From: Chthoniobacteraceae bacterium | GTDB taxonomy: Bacteria; Verrucomicrobiota; Verrucomicrobiia; Chthoniobacterales; Chthoniobacteraceae | DNA: 45,086 bases | NCBI GenBank assembly: GCA_040081625.1 | Contig: JBEBGD010000036.1 | Location: 1-45,086, forward strand | Direction: 5' to 3' | Shown: positions 16,353 through 28,539 of the stretch, one piece after another | Numbering within the stretch: position 1 is the first letter of the stretch | Layout: every line of letters begins with the position of its first letter | Translations under genes and position numbers: made by a program | Notes under the pieces: generated by a model | What the model was told of the DNA's origin: nothing | Databases searched by the model: none | Seen by the model: the letters and a program-made list of their open reading frames with translations, nothing else

Positions 16353-17390
16353 ATGCTCCGCTACCTCGCCCTGCTCCTGCTCACCCCCGCGCTTTTCGCC
16401 GAGGCGCCGAAGACGACGCAGCTCAACTTCCTCCGCACCCGCGAGCTGCCCGGCTCGCAGAGCGTGCTCGAGACACTCTCCGCCGAATACAAGCCCGCAG
16501 GCGGCGCGGGCCCGAGCGTGTGGCTCATCGGCGTCTCCCACCTCGGCACGCCCGAATACTACGCCGCGATCCAGAAGCGCCTCGACGCACAAACCGCCGT
16601 GCTCTTCGAAGGCATCGACGCCGGCCGCCTCCAGCAAGGCGCGAAGGCCGACACCGCCGGCGGCTTGCAAGGCCAGCTCGCGAAGGCCCTCGGCCTCGTC
16701 TTCCAGCTCGACGCCATCGACTATCAGCGCCCCCACTTCGCCAATAGCGATCTCACCGCCGACGGCCTCAACGAAGCCATCGAGCGCCGCGCCGCCGCGC
16801 CGAAGCCGCAGGACCCCGCCAGGCCCGGCGACCCCGCGAAGCCCGCCGCGCCCGCGAAGGTGAACAACGAAACCTTCGACCAGCTCATGAGCGCCATGCA
16901 CGGCAAGGGCGAGCTCGCCGAGTCGCTCGGCGGCATGATCACGCTCATGGGCAGCACGCCCGAGATGCGCGAGACGACCAAGCTCATGCTCGTCGAGGCG
17001 CTCGCGCAGGCGGGCGAACTGATCGATCTCGCGAAGGCCGCGTCGCCCGACATGCGGGAGCTCTTCGAGGTGCTTATCACCGAGCGCAACGCCGAGGTTA
17101 TCCGCCAGCTCGAGCCGCGCCTGCGCAAGCTCCAGCCGGGCCAGAGCATCGCCATCTTCTACGGCGCCGCGCACATGGACGAGATCGCGCGCCGCCTCAC
17201 GAGCGTGCTCAGCTACACGCCCGCCGCGCAGCACTGGGACGCGGCCTTCGGTGCCGACGGCACCAAATCGATCATGCCCGCCGCGCAGATCAAAGCGCTG
17301 CTGCAGGGGATGCGCGCGCAGATGAAGCCCGGCGCCGACGGCCAGCCCGAGCTGCCGCTCTTCGACCTGCTCAAGCCGCGGGCGAAGTAG
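16353..17390 (+). CDS. Secreted hypothetical protein, TraB/GumN-like
   Basis: Signal peptide; LIGVSHLG, VLFEGI, LITERN, IFYGAAHM motifs. Confidence 0.7.
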   Translation: MLRYLALLLLTPALFAEAPKTTQLNFLRTRELPGSQSVLETLSAEYKPAGGAGPSVWLIGVSHLGTPEYYAAIQKRLDAQTAVLFEGIDAGRLQQGAKADTAGGLQGQLAKALGLVFQLDAIDYQRPHFANSDLTADGLNEAIERRAAAPKPQDPARPGDPAKPAAPAKVNNETFDQLMSAMHGKGELAESLGGMITLMGSTPEMRETTKLMLVEALAQAGELIDLAKAASPDMRELFEVLITERNAEVIRQLEPRLRKLQPGQSIAIFYGAAHMDEIARRLTSVLSYTPAAQHWDAAFGADGTKSIMPAAQIKALLQGMRAQMKPGADGQPELPLFDLLKPRAK

Positions 17391-18438
17391 TGCGCGCCTT
17401 CGCGTAGCCGGGCTTGATCACCTCGTAGATGAGCCGGATGCGCTCATCGAACTGGATGAACGCGCTCTTGATCGAGTTGAGCGTGATTTTCTCCAGGTCC
17501 GGCAGCGTGAGCCCGAACGTGTCCACCGCGAGCTGGAACTCCTTGGTCATCGACGTGTCGCTCATGAGCCGGTCGTCGGTGTTGAGCGTCACGCGGAAGC
17601 CGCGCTCGTGATACATCTTGAACGGATGCTCATCGAGGGTGCGCACCGAGCCGGTGTGGACGTTCGATGATAGGCACATCTCCAGCGGGATGCGGCGGTC
17701 GAGGATGTATTGCGCCAGCGTGCCCAGCTTCACGATGCTGCCGTCCACGATCGTCATGTCGTCGGCGAGCCGCGTCGCGTGCCCGAGCCGGTGCGCGCCG
17801 CAAAGCTGGAGCGCCTGCCAGATGGAGGCGACGCCGAACGCCTCGCCGGCGTGCAGCGTGGAGTAGAAGTTCGCCTCCTGGATCGCCTTGAACGCCTCGA
17901 CGTGCGCCTTCGGCGGATAGCCCGCCTCTTCCCCCGCGAGGTCGAAGCCGACGACGCCGTGGTGCCGGAAGTTGATCGCCAGCTCCGCCGCCTCCAGCGA
18001 GTCGGTGCGATGGCGCATCCCGCAGACGATGAGCCCCCACTTCACGCCATACCGCTCCTCGCCACGCCGCAGCCCATCGAGCACCGCGCCGATGATCGCA
18101 TCGCCAGTGAGCCCCTTCTTCCCATGGAAGCACGGAGCGAAGCGCGCCTCCGCATACACGACCCCGTCCGCGTGCATGTCCTCGATGAACTCGAACGCCA
18201 CCCGCTCCAGCGCCGCGCGCGTCTGCATGACCGCGCAGGTATGCACGAACCCCTCGAGGTAAAGCGGCAGCGACCCGCGCTGCGCGCCGCGGTGGAACCA
18301 CGCCGCAAGCTCGTCGGCATCATGCGTCGGCAGCCCCGCGTAGCCCGCATCGAGCGCGAGATCGATGACCGTCTTCGGCCGCAGCCCGCCGTCGAGATGC
18401 TCGTGCAGGAGGACTTTCGGGAGCGCGGCGAGGTTCAT
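17371..18438 (-). CDS. add: Adenosine deaminase
   Basis: [45 protein letters not shown]. Confidence 0.93.
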   Translation of the reverse strand: MNLAALPKVLLHEHLDGGLRPKTVIDLALDAGYAGLPTHDADELAAWFHRGAQRGSLPLYLEGFVHTCAVMQTRAALERVAFEFIEDMHADGVVYAEARFAPCFHGKKGLTGDAIIGAVLDGLRRGEERYGVKWGLIVCGMRHRTDSLEAAELAINFRHHGVVGFDLAGEEAGYPPKAHVEAFKAIQEANFYSTLHAGEAFGVASIWQALQLCGAHRLGHATRLADDMTIVDGSIVKLGTLAQYILDRRIPLEMCLSSNVHTGSVRTLDEHPFKMYHERGFRVTLNTDDRLMSDTSMTKEFQLAVDTFGLTLPDLEKITLNSIKSAFIQFDERIRLIYEVIKPGYAKARTTSPAA

Positions 18439-20588
18439 TTCCCGAGCAGCTCGCGCAGCTTGGCCGGGTCGTTGGTCGGGAGCTGGCAGACGAAGTCCTC
18501 GCACACGTAAGCCGCGGCCTTCCCATCGATCGTCGTCGCCGTCTTCATGAACTCGAGCCGCTCCGCGAGCCACGGGTCCGCGAGCAGCACGAGCTGGTTC
18601 GGGCGGAAGCGCGAGCGCACCTCGCGCAGCAGCGTCTTCGTGTCGGCGGCGTCGCGCGCGCCGGCGATCACCACCTGGCGCGGCTTCGCGAGCGACGCGT
18701 CGAGCGCGCAGAGCATCTGCGGCATCGCGTTCGGCAGGTTGGTCATCGAGTCGGCATAGGCGGCGAGCGTCTTGTCGGCCCGCGCCCGCAGCTTCGCGTC
18801 GCCGGTGATCTGCGCGAGGCGGATGGCATTGAGCGCGCCGATGCTGCCGGGGCTCGGCTCCGCGCCATCGTAGTCCTCCTTCATCCGCAGCAGGACGTTG
18901 GGGTCCTTGCCCGTGGTGCTGAAGTAGCCGCCATTCGCCTCGTCGAAGAAGAGCGCATCCATCTTCGCCTGCAGCTCCACGGCCCACGCGAGGTGCGCGG
19001 TGTCGAAGTCCGCCTCGTAGAGGTCGAGCAGCCCCGCGATGAGGAACGCGTAATCTTCCGCGAACCCCGCGATCTCGCTGACGCCCTCGCGGTAGCTGCG
19101 CCGGAGCGCACCGTCGCACCACATCTGCTCGCGCAGGAACTTCGTCGCGCCCTGCGCGGCGGCGAGGTAGGCGGGATCGTCGAGCACCTGCGCGGCGCGC
19201 GCGAAGGCGGAGATCATCAGCCCGTTCCACGCGGTGATGATCTTGTCGTCGAGATGCGGCCGCGGGCGCTTGGCGCGCACGTCGAAGAGCTTCTTTCGCG
19301 ACGCGGCGAGCGAGGGATCGATCGCGGGCTCGCGCAGGATGAGCGTGTTCTTGCCCTTGAGTTCGCCGTGCGGGTCGCTGCCCGGCGGCGAATTCCCCTC
19401 CGTGCTCGCGCCATACACGCGGCAGAAAACCGTGCCCGCCTCGTCGCCGAGCACGCGCATGATCTCCTCCTTCGTCCACACGTAGAATGCGCCCTCGGCG
19501 TGCTCGGGCTTGCCGTGCTCGAGCAGCGAGTCCGCATCCTCGGCGGAGAAGAATCCGCCGTCGCGCGCCGTCATCTCGCGCCACACGTAGTCGAGGATGT
19601 CGCGCGCCGTCTTCTCCCACGCGACATCCCGCGTGACCTGATAGGCATCGAGATACGAGCACGCGAGCTGCGCCTGATCGTAGAGCATCTTCTCGTAGTG
19701 CGGCACGTGCCAGAATCGATCGACCGAGTAGCGGTGGAAGCCGCCGCCGAGATGGTCGTGCATGCCGCCCTCGGCCATCTTCGCCAGCGTGCCGAGCGCC
19801 ATGCCGAGCGCGGCCTTGCCATCGCGCGAGTCCGCGCCGGAGCGCGCGTGCAGACGGAAGAGAAAGTTCAGCGTCGAGGGGCGCGGAAACTTCGGCGCGT
19901 CGCCGAAGCCGCCCCACTCCTCGTCGTAGGTGCGCGTGAAGACGTTGAGCGCGTTGATGAGCATCGCCTCGCTCAGCTTCGTGTCGCCGGGCTTCGCCGT
20001 GGCGGTGTATTCGCGCAGTTGCTCGGTCACTTTCTCGCCGTGCGCGACGATGCCCGCGCGATCCTTCGTCCACCCATCGATGATCCGCCCGAGCAGCGTC
20101 TTGAAGCCGGGCCGCCCGTATTTGTCCTCCGGCGGAAAGTAGGTGCCGCCGAGGAAAGGCTTCAGCTCAGGCGTGAGGAAGACCGTCATCGGCCAGCCGC
20201 CGCCGCCGGTCGTCGCCTGCACGAAGGTCATGTAAACGCGGTCCACGTCGGGCCGCTCCTCGCGGTCGAGTTTGATCGAGACGAAGTGCTCGTTGAGGAT
20301 CTTCGCCGTCGCCTCGTCCTCGAACGACTCGTGCGCCATCACGTGACACCAGTGGCAGGTCGAGTAGCCGATCGAGAGAAAGATCGGCTTGCCCTCGCGC
20401 TTCGCCTTGTCGAACGCCTCCGCGCCCCACGGATACCAGTCCACGGGGTTGTGCTTGTGCTGGAGAAGGTAGGGCGATTTCTCGCCGGCGAGGTGATTGG
20501 TAAATGGCATGGACTTCGGTGGCTCGGCGCCGCGCACTGCGAGGATTAGCGCCGCGATTGTCCACGGCAAAAGCGCGCGCTGAATCAT
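18435..20588 (-). CDS. Thioredoxin-domain protein YyaL/SSP411 family (DUF255 plus alpha/alpha toroid), predicted signal peptide (alternative start 20510)
   Basis: [40 protein letters not shown] overlaps with both neighbours. Confidence 0.9.
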   Translation of the reverse strand: MIQRALLPWTIAALILAVRGAEPPKSMPFTNHLAGEKSPYLLQHKHNPVDWYPWGAEAFDKAKREGKPIFLSIGYSTCHWCHVMAHESFEDEATAKILNEHFVSIKLDREERPDVDRVYMTFVQATTGGGGWPMTVFLTPELKPFLGGTYFPPEDKYGRPGFKTLLGRIIDGWTKDRAGIVAHGEKVTEQLREYTATAKPGDTKLSEAMLINALNVFTRTYDEEWGGFGDAPKFPRPSTLNFLFRLHARSGADSRDGKAALGMALGTLAKMAEGGMHDHLGGGFHRYSVDRFWHVPHYEKMLYDQAQLACSYLDAYQVTRDVAWEKTARDILDYVWREMTARDGGFFSAEDADSLLEHGKPEHAEGAFYVWTKEEIMRVLGDEAGTVFCRVYGASTEGNSPPGSDPHGELKGKNTLILREPAIDPSLAASRKKLFDVRAKRPRPHLDDKIITAWNGLMISAFARAAQVLDDPAYLAAAQGATKFLREQMWCDGALRRSYREGVSEIAGFAEDYAFLIAGLLDLYEADFDTAHLAWAVELQAKMDALFFDEANGGYFSTTGKDPNVLLRMKEDYDGAEPSPGSIGALNAIRLAQITGDAKLRARADKTLAAYADSMTNLPNAMPQMLCALDASLAKPRQVVIAGARDAADTKTLLREVRSRFRPNQLVLLADPWLAERLEFMKTATTIDGKAAAYVCEDFVCQLPTNDPAKLRELLGK

Positions 20589-21754
20589 GGCGTGGCCTCC
20601 ATCTGCCGCCACACGGCGGGCAGCGATTGGACGAGCTTCGCACTGCTCTCCGGCAGCGTCTTCGCAGTCAGCGGCACGACGACCGTCGGTTCATCGCTGG
20701 GCAATCTCGGATTCGGCACGCTGAGGAAGAACTGCGCGGCCGGCGGCGCGTCGCCCTTTTCGCGCAGGCGCCCGAGCGCGAGTTCGCGGAAGAGTTCGCG
20801 CGCCGTCGCGTCGGCGGGATTGATGAAGCGCACGCCGTCGAGCGCCGCCGCCTTGAACGCCGCCGCCAGCTCCGTCTCCGCGAGCGGAAAGTGAGTGCAG
20901 CCCAGCACGACAGTCTCGATTGGCGGACCGCTGTGCTTGCCGACGAGCGCCGCGACATCGGCCCGCGCGCAATCGCTCACCGCCTTCGGTTCGCCGCGTT
21001 CGATCGTCGCCGCGAGATCCGCGCTACCCTGCTGCACGACGACCGGCGCCGACTTCCCCGCCTGCCCCATCGCGCGTGCGATCGCCTTCGGATAGGCGCC
21101 CGTCGCGCAAGTGCCGACAGTCGCGAGCACGCCGATCGCGCGCGGCTTGCCATCGTCGGGCAGGCTCGCCGCCGTCGCGCGTGCGCCGGCTTCGATCACG
21201 CCGATCACCGGCACATCGAGCTTCCACGCGCGCAACGCCGAGCGGATGTCGTCGATCCCGTAAGCCGTCGCCGTGTTGCACGCGATGACGATCGCCTTCA
21301 CCGGCGGCTTGTCGAAACGAGGCGCACCCGCCGCCGCCGCACGCCAGCGCGTGCCGAGCAGGAAGACCGCGTCCTTCACGATCAGCTCGCGCAGAAACGC
21401 CTCGCGCCCCTGCGCGGCGTAGTTGCCGTAGGGCATGTTCGCCTGGTCGCCGAGATAGATGAAGCGCTCGCCCGCGAAGTCCGCGCGGCCATCCGCACCC
21501 GGGCGCAGCGAGTCGTTATTGAATGCATCGAGCCGCAGGATCGCGTCCATCACCGTCAGCCCGCCGATGCCGGAATCGAACACGCCGACCGGCAGCTTCG
21601 CGCGATCGCCGCCGAGCGCGTCGAAGTCGATCGACCACGCCGCGCGTCCATCGCGATGCGCGCGCACGTGCTCGACCAGCGCATCCACGGCTCGCGCGGG
21701 CGACAGCGCGACAGCGACTGCGCAGAGGATTCTGAGGGCGATGCGGGCGGACAT
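20585..21754 (-). CDS. Asp/Glu racemase family protein (MurI-like) with N-terminal signal-like peptide
   Basis: [30 protein letters not shown] (both catalytic Cys present). Confidence 0.85.
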   Translation of the reverse strand: MSARIALRILCAVAVALSPARAVDALVEHVRAHRDGRAAWSIDFDALGGDRAKLPVGVFDSGIGGLTVMDAILRLDAFNNDSLRPGADGRADFAGERFIYLGDQANMPYGNYAAQGREAFLRELIVKDAVFLLGTRWRAAAAGAPRFDKPPVKAIVIACNTATAYGIDDIRSALRAWKLDVPVIGVIEAGARATAASLPDDGKPRAIGVLATVGTCATGAYPKAIARAMGQAGKSAPVVVQQGSADLAATIERGEPKAVSDCARADVAALVGKHSGPPIETVVLGCTHFPLAETELAAAFKAAALDGVRFINPADATARELFRELALGRLREKGDAPPAAQFFLSVPNPRLPSDEPTVVVPLTAKTLPESSAKLVQSLPAVWRQMEATP

Positions 21755-21842
21755 CTCGCGGCACTATGCACGCCGGACGTGCCTCTCAAAACTGTAATGC
21801 TCGCGAAAGGCCGCGGTAATCGGCGCGCGCAATGATGCTCGC

Positions 21843-23345
<1,503 letters not shown>

Positions 23346-23364
23346 TTTGAGTGGGTTGGGACCC

Positions 23365-23406
23365 GGCGCCGCGCGTTCTGTGGGGAATGCGCGGCGCCTC
23401 TTTTTT
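23365..23406 (+). terminator. Rho-independent terminator after htrA-like gene
   Basis: GGCGCCGCGCGTTC...GAATGCGCGGCGCC stem followed by TCTTTTTT. Confidence 0.8.
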
Positions 23407-23450
23407 GCCGGCCCGCTTGCGCCCGGCGCCACGATCTCTATGAAGCCCAC

Positions 23451-24119
23451 ATGCGCCTCCTAGTCGTCGAAGACGACCACAAGATCGCGTCCTTCGTCGT
23501 CAAAGGGCTCAAGGAAGCCGGCTACGGCGTGGACCGCTGTGCCGACGGCGAGGAAGCGCTCATCCTCGCCGACTCGACGCCTTACGACGCGCTCATCGTG
23601 GACCTCATGCTCCCGCGGCTCGACGGACTGAGCCTCATCAAGCGGCTGCGCGCGAAGAAGCACCACGCCCCCGTGCTGATCCTCAGCGCGAAGGCGAGCG
23701 TCGATGACCGCGTGCGCGGCTTGCAGGCGGGCGGCGACGATTATCTCACAAAGCCCTTCGCCTTCACCGAGCTGCTCGCCCGCGTGCAGGCGCTCATCCG
23801 CCGCTCCTCGCAGAGCGCGGAGCCCGCCCGGCTCACGTGCGGCGATCTTTCGCTCGATCTCCTCAGCCGCGAAGCGATGCGCGGCACGGAGCGCATCGAG
23901 CTCCAGCCACGCGAGTTTGCGCTGCTCGAGTTCCTCATGCGCCACGCGGGCCGGCCCGTGTCGAAGACGATGATCCTCGAGCACGTGTGGGACTACTCTT
24001 TCGATCCGGGCACGAATGTCGTCGATGTGCTCGTCCACCGGTTGCGCGGGAAGATCGACCCGGATCGCACGCGCCTGCATACCCTCCGCGGAGTCGGCTA
24101 TGTCCTCCGCCCCGCTTGA
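23451..24119 (+). CDS. OmpR/PhoB-family response regulator
   Basis: MRLLVVEDD, DLMLP, DDYLTKPF, winged helix NVVDVLVHRLR...RGVGY. Confidence 0.95.
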   Translation: MRLLVVEDDHKIASFVVKGLKEAGYGVDRCADGEEALILADSTPYDALIVDLMLPRLDGLSLIKRLRAKKHHAPVLILSAKASVDDRVRGLQAGGDDYLTKPFAFTELLARVQALIRRSSQSAEPARLTCGDLSLDLLSREAMRGTERIELQPREFALLEFLMRHAGRPVSKTMILEHVWDYSFDPGTNVVDVLVHRLRGKIDPDRTRLHTLRGVGYVLRPA

Positions 24120-25512
24120 ATCCAAGCCGCGCACCGTGCGCGGCGCGAGCACGCGGCTCACGTTTTGGTATGCGATCGTCTTCACGCTCGGCGTCGGCGG
24201 GCTCTTCGCGCTCGCGTATCTGCTTATCGCGAGGCTGGTCGAACGGACCGACCGCGAAGTGCTCCAGTCGAAGCTCAACGAATACAGCGCGCTCTATCAG
24301 GCCGGCGGCTTTCGCGCGCTCGAGTTCGCCGTGAATCGCGAACAGAAGGGCGGCCAGCAGAAGTCGCTCTTCGTGCGGCTCGCGACCGCGCGCGGCGAGG
24401 TCACGCTCGCGAATGTCCCCGACGAATGGATCACCTTCCAGCAAAGCGCCATCAGCATCGACGGCATGCAGCGGCAGGTCGGCGTCGTGCGCATCCCGAA
24501 GGACGCCGAGCGCGAACTCGCTCTCGCTTCCGCCGTGATGCCCGACGGCTCGCTGCTGCAAGTCGGCCGCAGCACGACCAACCGCGAGACGACCCTGCGC
24601 ACCTTCCAGCGCGCCTTCCTCGCGGTCAGTGCCGCCGTGATCCTGCTCGGCATCGGCGCCGGCGCGTGGCTGGCGCATCGCACGATGAAGCCCGTGCGCG
24701 ACGTGGTGGCGACCGCTCGCACGATCATCGAGACCGGCGACCTCGACGCACGCGTGGCGACCACCGCGAGCGGCGACGAGCTCGACGAGATGGCGCAGCT
24801 CTTCAACCGCGTGCTCGAGCGCAATGAGCGGCTCGTGCGCGCGATGCGCGAGTCGCTCGACAACACCGCACACGACCTCCGCACGCCGCTTACGCGCCTC
24901 CGCGGCATCGCCGAGCTGGCGCTGCAAAGCGATGACGCCGGCGCCGCGCGCGAGGCGCTGGCCGATTGCGCCGAGGAAAGCGAACGCGTGATCGAGATGC
25001 TGCGCGCGCTCATGGACATCACCGAGGCTGAGGCGGGGATGATGCGGCTCGACCGGCGCCGCACCGATCTCGCGACACTCGTCGGCGAAGCGGTGGAGCT
25101 CTACGAGCACGTCGCCGCGGAGAAGAAGATCATCGTTCACAACGACGTGTCGGCGCCGTGCGAGGCCGAGGTCGATCCGGCGCGGATGCGGCAGGTCATC
25201 GCGAACCTCCTCGACAACGCGATCAAATACACGCCCTCGGGCGGCCTCGTCTTCCTCAGCGCCGAACGCGCGGCGGACAAGCTCACGCTCTCGGTGCGCG
25301 ACACCGGCCCCGGCGTGCCCGCCGAGGAGCAGGCGCGCATCTGGACGCGGCTCTACCGTGGCGACAAGAGCCGCAGCGCGCGCGGCCTCGGCCTCGGGTT
25401 GAGCCTCGTGAAAGCCATCGTCGAGGCACATGGCGGCAGCGTCGCGGTCGAGAGCCGCGAGGGGAGCGGGGCGACGTTTCGCGTGAAGCTGCCCGTAGCC
25501 ACGGCTCTCTGA
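24100..25512 (+). CDS. HAMP-domain sensor histidine kinase
   Basis: Two TM helices, HAMP, H-box AHDLRTPL, NLLDNAIKY, DTGPG, GLGLGL. Confidence 0.93.
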   Translation: MSSAPLESKPRTVRGASTRLTFWYAIVFTLGVGGLFALAYLLIARLVERTDREVLQSKLNEYSALYQAGGFRALEFAVNREQKGGQQKSLFVRLATARGEVTLANVPDEWITFQQSAISIDGMQRQVGVVRIPKDAERELALASAVMPDGSLLQVGRSTTNRETTLRTFQRAFLAVSAAVILLGIGAGAWLAHRTMKPVRDVVATARTIIETGDLDARVATTASGDELDEMAQLFNRVLERNERLVRAMRESLDNTAHDLRTPLTRLRGIAELALQSDDAGAAREALADCAEESERVIEMLRALMDITEAEAGMMRLDRRRTDLATLVGEAVELYEHVAAEKKIIVHNDVSAPCEAEVDPARMRQVIANLLDNAIKYTPSGGLVFLSAERAADKLTLSVRDTGPGVPAEEQARIWTRLYRGDKSRSARGLGLGLSLVKAIVEAHGGSVAVESREGSGATFRVKLPVATAL

Positions 25513-25552
25513 GCCGTGCCACGCACACCCGGCTCGGAGCGCCGCGGCTACA
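25495..25552. repeat. GTAG-type REP pair overlapping the kinase 3' end
   Basis: GTAGCCACGGCTCTCTGAGCCGTG ... CGGCTCGGAGCGCCGCGGCTACA; same family as 240-304. Confidence 0.7.
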
Positions 25553-25617
25553 GCAATCCCCGCTGGCGCGGCTTTGGCGGGCGTGCCACTTGTCGTCCCG
25601 AAATCCACTTCCCGCAC

Positions 25618-25833
25618 ATGAACCAATCGCAGCAGCAAGCCATCGACCGCGTCTTCGAAATCCTCAGCGAGCACTTCGAGCACGTCGTGATCTCCGTGGG
25701 CACCTACGACGAGGACAAGCAATACACGACCGCCGCGAGCTTCAGCGGCGGCGTGGCCGCGGCGATCGGCCTGTGCAAGCTCTACGAGGCCAAGTGGACC
25801 AAGGAGCACCTCTGGGGGCCGGACGACGAATAA
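25618..25833 (+). CDS. Small hypothetical protein (71 aa)
   Basis: MNQSQQQAIDRVFEILSEHFEHVVISV; genome-like codon usage; fills the gap between genes. Confidence 0.65.
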   Translation: MNQSQQQAIDRVFEILSEHFEHVVISVGTYDEDKQYTTAASFSGGVAAAIGLCKLYEAKWTKEHLWGPDDE

Positions 25834-26298
25834 TCAGCCGCCGCCGAATTTCTCCCGCGAGCGACGCTCCATTTCCTCCGGCGTCACGTCCTCGACGTGC
25901 GTCGCGAAGTGCCAGACGTGGCCGAACGGATCGGTGACCCGCGCGGTGCGGTCGCCGTAGAATTGGTTCTCGGGCGGCTGATCGAGCGTTGCCCCCGCGG
26001 CGCCGGCGCGGGCGGTGAGCGCGTCCACGTCAGGGACGTAAAGGTGGATCGTCACCGGCGAACCGCCGATCGTCTTCGGGCTCCGGCAGCCCATCTGCGG
26101 GAACTCGTCGGCGATCATGATGATCCCGCCGGCGATCTCGATCTCGGCGTGGCCGACTTTTCCGTCGGGCATTTGCATCCGCATTCGCTCGGTCGCGCCA
26201 AACGCGGTCGCGTAGAAATCGAGAGCGCGCGCTGCGTCGGTGATGATGAGGTAAGGCGCGCAGATGGGATAGCCGGCAGGGAGGTAGTTCGTGCTCAT
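25834..26298 (-). CDS. VOC/glyoxalase family protein (PhnB-like)
   Basis: PYL...ALDFY..AFGA, HAEIEI, FYGDR...DPFGHVW. Confidence 0.9.
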   Translation of the reverse strand: MSTNYLPAGYPICAPYLIITDAARALDFYATAFGATERMRMQMPDGKVGHAEIEIAGGIIMIADEFPQMGCRSPKTIGGSPVTIHLYVPDVDALTARAGAAGATLDQPPENQFYGDRTARVTDPFGHVWHFATHVEDVTPEEMERRSREKFGGG

Positions 26299-27113
26299 GC
26301 GGATCGTTCTACGAGGATCTGCGCCGGAGTCCAGCCGGCGGCGCGCAGACCGCGCAGCGTCGTGCTAGCGTCGCGCTTGGCGAGGCGCTGGCCGGTTTCA
26401 TCGAGCACGAGCGGGCAGTGGAAAAATGCCGGCGGCGTCCATCCGAGCGCGCGATAGAGCAGGAGCTGGCGGAAGGTGCTCGCGATGAGATCGGCGCCGC
26501 GCACGACTTCGGTGATGCCCATGAGCGCATCGTCCACCACGCACGCGAGTTGATACGAGGGAAGGTCGTCTTTCCGCCACACGAGGAAGTCGCCGAAGTC
26601 CACGCCCGCCGTCGCGCGCTGCTCGCCGAAGTGGCCGTCGGTGAAGGCGAGCACCTCGCCATCGGGCACGCGCAGGCGCCAGTTCACATCGATCGGGTGA
26701 TCGCGCCGCTCACGGCAGGTGCCGGGGTAGAGTGGCTCTTCCTCACCCGCGTGCGGCGCACCGGCGGCAGTGAGCACGTCCTTGCGCGAGCAGATGCACG
26801 GGAAGACCAGGCCCGCAGCCAGCAGCCGCTCGAAGGCGAGTCGGTAGAGCGGAAGACGCTCGCTCTGCGTGTAAGGCGCGTGCGGTCCGCCGAGGTCCGG
26901 ACCCTCGCTCCAGCGCAGGCCAAGCCAGCGCATGTCCTCGAACATCGCGGCGACGAACTCCGGGCGGACGCGGGCGCGATCGAGGTCGTCGTTGCGCACG
27001 ATCAGCGTGCCGCCAGCGGCCTCCGCGCGCTGCTGCGCGATCCAGAAAGTGCGCGCGTGGCCGCGATGGAGAAAACCCGTGGGCGAAGGAGCGAGGCGGC
27101 CGCGATAAGGCAT
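26295..27113 (-). CDS. gluQ: Glutamyl-Q tRNA(Asp) synthetase
   Basis: GRLAPSPTGFLHRGH, CICSRK, YPGTCR, RGADL, RLAKR; no anticodon-binding domain. Confidence 0.9.
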   Translation of the reverse strand: MPYRGRLAPSPTGFLHRGHARTFWIAQQRAEAAGGTLIVRNDDLDRARVRPEFVAAMFEDMRWLGLRWSEGPDLGGPHAPYTQSERLPLYRLAFERLLAAGLVFPCICSRKDVLTAAGAPHAGEEEPLYPGTCRERRDHPIDVNWRLRVPDGEVLAFTDGHFGEQRATAGVDFGDFLVWRKDDLPSYQLACVVDDALMGITEVVRGADLIASTFRQLLLYRALGWTPPAFFHCPLVLDETGQRLAKRDASTTLRGLRAAGWTPAQILVERSA

Positions 27114-28522
27114 CAGCCCTTCGGCTTCAACTCGAGGTCATACACGACGACCTTGCCGATCTTCTCGAGCTCGCGCTGGATGTCCTTCGCCTCTCCGACG
27201 ACGACGATCGCGACGTTCTCCGTGCTCAGGTATTTCTTCGCCATCGCCTCGACCTGCGCGGCGGTCGTCGAAGCCATGCGCTTCGCGTAGCGCTTGTAGA
27301 AATCCGGCGCGAGGCCGTAGAGATCGATCTCCTGCACGCGCTGCGCGGTGCGCGCGGCATTCTCGAGCGAGAGCAGGTAATTGCCGACGTTGTATTCACG
27401 CTGGATCGCCAGCTCCGGCGCGGGCACGGGCTCGTCCTGCAGGCGCTTCATCTCCTTGAGCGCTTCCTTGATCGCGGGCGCGGTCACTTCGTTGCGCGTC
27501 TCGGCCTGCGCGGAGAAATCGCCGGCGAACTGCTTCATGTCGAAGACGCTGTAGGCGCCGTAGGTCCAGCCGTGCTTCTCGCGCAGGTTCTGGAAAAGCC
27601 GGCCGCTGAATCCGCCGCCGAGCGTCGCGTTCATCACGTTGATCTCGGGCGTGTCCGGTCCGTTGCGCGGCGGGCCGGGGTTGGTGATGATGATGTTGCT
27701 CTGCACGCTGCCGGGACGATCGACGAGGTGGATCGTGAGGCCGCTCAGCTTCGGTGCCGCGGGAAAATCGACGACCGGCACGTCCTTGCGTTTCCAATCC
27801 GCGAAGGCCTTCTCGACGCGCGCGAGCACATCATCGACCTGCACGTCGCCGACGATCGCGAGCGTCGTGTTGTTCGGTGCGAACCATTGCCCGTGATATT
27901 TCGCGAGATCATCGCGCGTGATCGCCGCGACACTTTCCTCCGTGCGAAAGCGCCCATACGGATGCTCCGTGCCGTAGATCACACGCGCGGCGAGTTTGCC
28001 TGCGAGTTGGTCGGGCTCCTGTTTCTCGCCGGCGAGCATGCTCAGCGCCTTCTTCTGCTCCTTCGCGAACTGCTCGGCGGGAAAGGCCGGGTTCAACGTC
28101 GCATCGACCAGCAGGTCGAGCAGCGTGTCGGTGTATTTGGTCAGCCCGCTCGCGCTGACCGAGATCGAATCCACGCCCGGCGCCGCCTCGACACGCGCGC
28201 CGATGCTGTCGCTCTCGGTCGCGAACTTCAGCGCGTCGCGCGTCTTCGTGCCGCGGTTGAGCAGCGTGCCGACGAAGCCGCTCAGCCCCGGCTTGTCGCC
28301 GTCGCGCGAGGCCCCGCCCTTGATGAGCAGGCGGAAGGTCACGCTCGGTTTGCGATCATCCTGGATGACGAAAACCTTCAGCCCGTTCGGCAGCTCGCGC
28401 GTCGTGTAATCGGGGAAGGCGGCCTCGGGAGCGGGCCCGGGCTCAGGCTTGCGGGTGCGATCGATCGCGCACTGGCCGCGGGCGATGAAGACGACGAGGA
28501 AGAGGAAGAGGATGGAGCGCAT
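27113..28522 (-). CDS. M16 family peptidase, non-catalytic subunit
   Basis: LPNGLKV, LGGGFSGRLFQNLREKHGWTYGA; lacks HxxEH; signal peptide. Confidence 0.88.
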   Translation of the reverse strand: MRSILFLFLVVFIARGQCAIDRTRKPEPGPAPEAAFPDYTTRELPNGLKVFVIQDDRKPSVTFRLLIKGGASRDGDKPGLSGFVGTLLNRGTKTRDALKFATESDSIGARVEAAPGVDSISVSASGLTKYTDTLLDLLVDATLNPAFPAEQFAKEQKKALSMLAGEKQEPDQLAGKLAARVIYGTEHPYGRFRTEESVAAITRDDLAKYHGQWFAPNNTTLAIVGDVQVDDVLARVEKAFADWKRKDVPVVDFPAAPKLSGLTIHLVDRPGSVQSNIIITNPGPPRNGPDTPEINVMNATLGGGFSGRLFQNLREKHGWTYGAYSVFDMKQFAGDFSAQAETRNEVTAPAIKEALKEMKRLQDEPVPAPELAIQREYNVGNYLLSLENAARTAQRVQEIDLYGLAPDFYKRYAKRMASTTAAQVEAMAKKYLSTENVAIVVVGEAKDIQRELEKIGKVVVYDLELKPKG

Positions 28523-28539
28523 GGCGGAAATTGATTGGG

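Noticed and set aside
17371..20073. 900-aa adenosine deaminase fusion
   Set aside because: The upstream part is an off-frame read of the YyaL gene; add starts at 18438 with an ATGA overlap.
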